Assembly (NCBI GenBank): GCA_963729715.1
Contig: CAVSPA010000005.1
Span: 608,001-672,000 of the forward strand
Length of the DNA: 64,000 nt
Direction: 5' to 3'
Source: an uncultured delta proteobacterium
GTDB lineage: Bacteria; Desulfobacterota; Syntrophia; Syntrophales; UBA2185
A model generated the notes under the pieces. It worked only from the letters and a program-made list of their open reading frames with translations. It made no database searches and was not told the DNA's origin. Below are positions 62,613-64,000 of this stretch, in pieces; position 1 is the first letter of the stretch; every line of letters begins with the position of its first letter. Position numbers and translations under genes: made by a program.

Positions 62613-63125
62613 CTAGATTTTTCTCTGGGGCTTCGTTCTCTCAATAGCAATTGACCCAGTTCTATTTATTTCCTCCACACCGAATGACTGAAAGAATTTC
62701 AGGAATGCCGCCGTTTCATCCGGCTGACCCGTCAACTCCAGGATGAAATAATCCGGTGTCATGGTGACGATTCTGCAGCCAAACAGTTCAATTGCCCGCA
62801 GGATTTCTGCATAGGCTCCCTCTTTGACGGTAACGCCGATCAACATTAACTCTCTCTGAATGTAGGACTGTCCTGAGACATCGGAGACATTGATGATATC
62901 TACCAGCTTGTCCAGTTGCTTTTTTATCTTTTCAGTAAAGTCAGGATCCGATTCGCTGGTCAGAGTGATTCTTGAAACGTCCGGGTTCGTTGTTTCTGCC
63001 ACGCAGAGGCTCTTGATGTTGTATCCATGGCGGCCAAACACGCCTCCCACACGGGACAGCACGCCCGGTTGATTGTTTACGAGAATGGAAATAGTCTGTT
63101 CCTGTTCGCGTGCCTTTCTTAACAT
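62613..63125 (-). CDS. ilvN: Acetolactate synthase small subunit, second copy
   Basis: ISILVNNQPGVLSRV...GYNIKSLCV, KQLDKLVD and RTG motifs. Confidence 0.92.
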   Translation of the reverse strand: MLRKAREQEQTISILVNNQPGVLSRVGGVFGRHGYNIKSLCVAETTNPDVSRITLTSESDPDFTEKIKKQLDKLVDIINVSDVSGQSYIQRELMLIGVTVKEGAYAEILRAIELFGCRIVTMTPDYFILELTGQPDETAAFLKFFQSFGVEEINRTGSIAIERTKPQRKI

Positions 63126-63148
63126 AGTAGATCCTCCGCAGTTATTTC

Positions 63149-64000
63149 TTAGTCAAGTCTGTCGTACATCATCTCGATATTCGAGCATCCCGGCGGGATG
63201 ATGGGGTAGACATAGTTTTCCGGATCAACAACGGCTTCCAGGAGATATGGGCCATCAGCCTTTACCATAGCTTCGATGCCGGCCTTCGGATCTTTATCTA
63301 CGGCAATTCTGCTCCCTGGGATGCCGAAGCCGCGGGCCACCGTCACAAAATCAACCTTGCTTCCCAAATCAATAGTGGTAAAACGGGCATTGTAAAAAAG
63401 ATCCTGAATCTGGCGAATCATCCCCAGATGACCGTTATTGATGACGACAATCTTTATGGGTAAATGGTAGTAGCTAATGGTAGCCAGTTCCTGGATGTTC
63501 ATATAGAATCCTCCATCGCCTGTGATAGCGATGACCGCCCTCTCCGGAGCGCCTACCTTAGCGCCGATCGCCGCAGGCAGGCTGAATCCCATAGTCCCCA
63601 TGCCGCCGCTGGTGATGAGGCTGCGGGGACTGCGCGCCTGCCATGTGCGCACTGTCCATATCTGATTCAGCCCCACATCCGCAGTCACCGTTGTTTCGAC
63701 GGGCATGGCCTCCTGTAGCATGTGGATAAAATCTCCCGCCGATCCGCAGCCCGTGTCCGCGACTTTTCCGGTGATGGCGTCGCGCTCAGACTGGATTCTC
63801 TGGAGCCACTCCGACTTTTCCTTTGCATCTATCAGAGGCAGCAAGGCCGTCAGTGCATCGCGAATATCCCCGACGTAAGGCAGATTAATCTTGATGCTCT
63901 TTCCGATCGAAGTAGGGTCGATATCGATCTGGGCAATCTTTGCCAAAGGCGCGAATTCTTCTATGAGTGCGGTACTGCGATCTGAGAAGCGTGTACCTAT
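63149..64000 (-). CDS. ilvB: Acetolactate synthase large subunit, second copy (C-terminal part; 5' end outside the window)
   Basis: IDIDP, DVGLNQIW, SGGMGTMGF, GDGG...NN and GMIRQ motifs; frame is open to the window edge (RFSDR motif at about 63977-63991). Confidence 0.9.
   Translation of the reverse strand: MGTRFSDRSTALIEEFAPLAKIAQIDIDPTSIGKSIKINLPYVGDIRDALTALLPLIDAKEKSEWLQRIQSERDAITGKVADTGCGSAGDFIHMLQEAMPVETTVTADVGLNQIWTVRTWQARSPRSLITSGGMGTMGFSLPAAIGAKVGAPERAVIAITGDGGFYMNIQELATISYYHLPIKIVVINNGHLGMIRQIQDLFYNARFTTIDLGSKVDFVTVARGFGIPGSRIAVDKDPKAGIEAMVKADGPYLLEAVVDPENYVYPIIPPGCSNIEMMYDRLD

Overview
Bacterial chromosome segment spanning the replication origin, probably from an anaerobic deltaproteobacterium (Desulfobacterota/Syntrophales-like; inferred from gene content only). 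From left to right it holds: a TetR-RND efflux operon; an EamA transporter; a self-contained two-gene unit (a YkgJ/FliB-type CxxCxxCC protein plus an exported protein made of about 18 QxK repeats); and a minus-strand redox cluster that hides two selenoproteins split by the ORF track. These are a MerB-like lyase with UGA at both catalytic Cys positions and a CoA-disulfide reductase/NADH oxidase with UGA at its catalytic Cys; all three UGAs are followed by similar GGU-loop hairpins. Next come a divergent and a canonical 4-hydroxybutyryl-CoA dehydratase, an acyl-CoA dehydrogenase lacking the catalytic Glu, Fe-S proteins, FtsH, a double-zinc-finger thioredoxin, a c-di-GMP module, paaK, archease-rtcB, and an IS1182 element inserted in a palindrome loop. 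The right part has gyrA-gyrB-dnaN-oriC-dnaA-parB-parA-rsmG in an unusual order, kdnB/kdnA-like-hldD-kdsB LPS genes, and an ilvBNCD operon under an isoleucine-only attenuator, with a second ilvBN pair upstream. No rRNA, tRNA or CRISPR array was seen. All calls come from reading motifs by eye; no searches were run.
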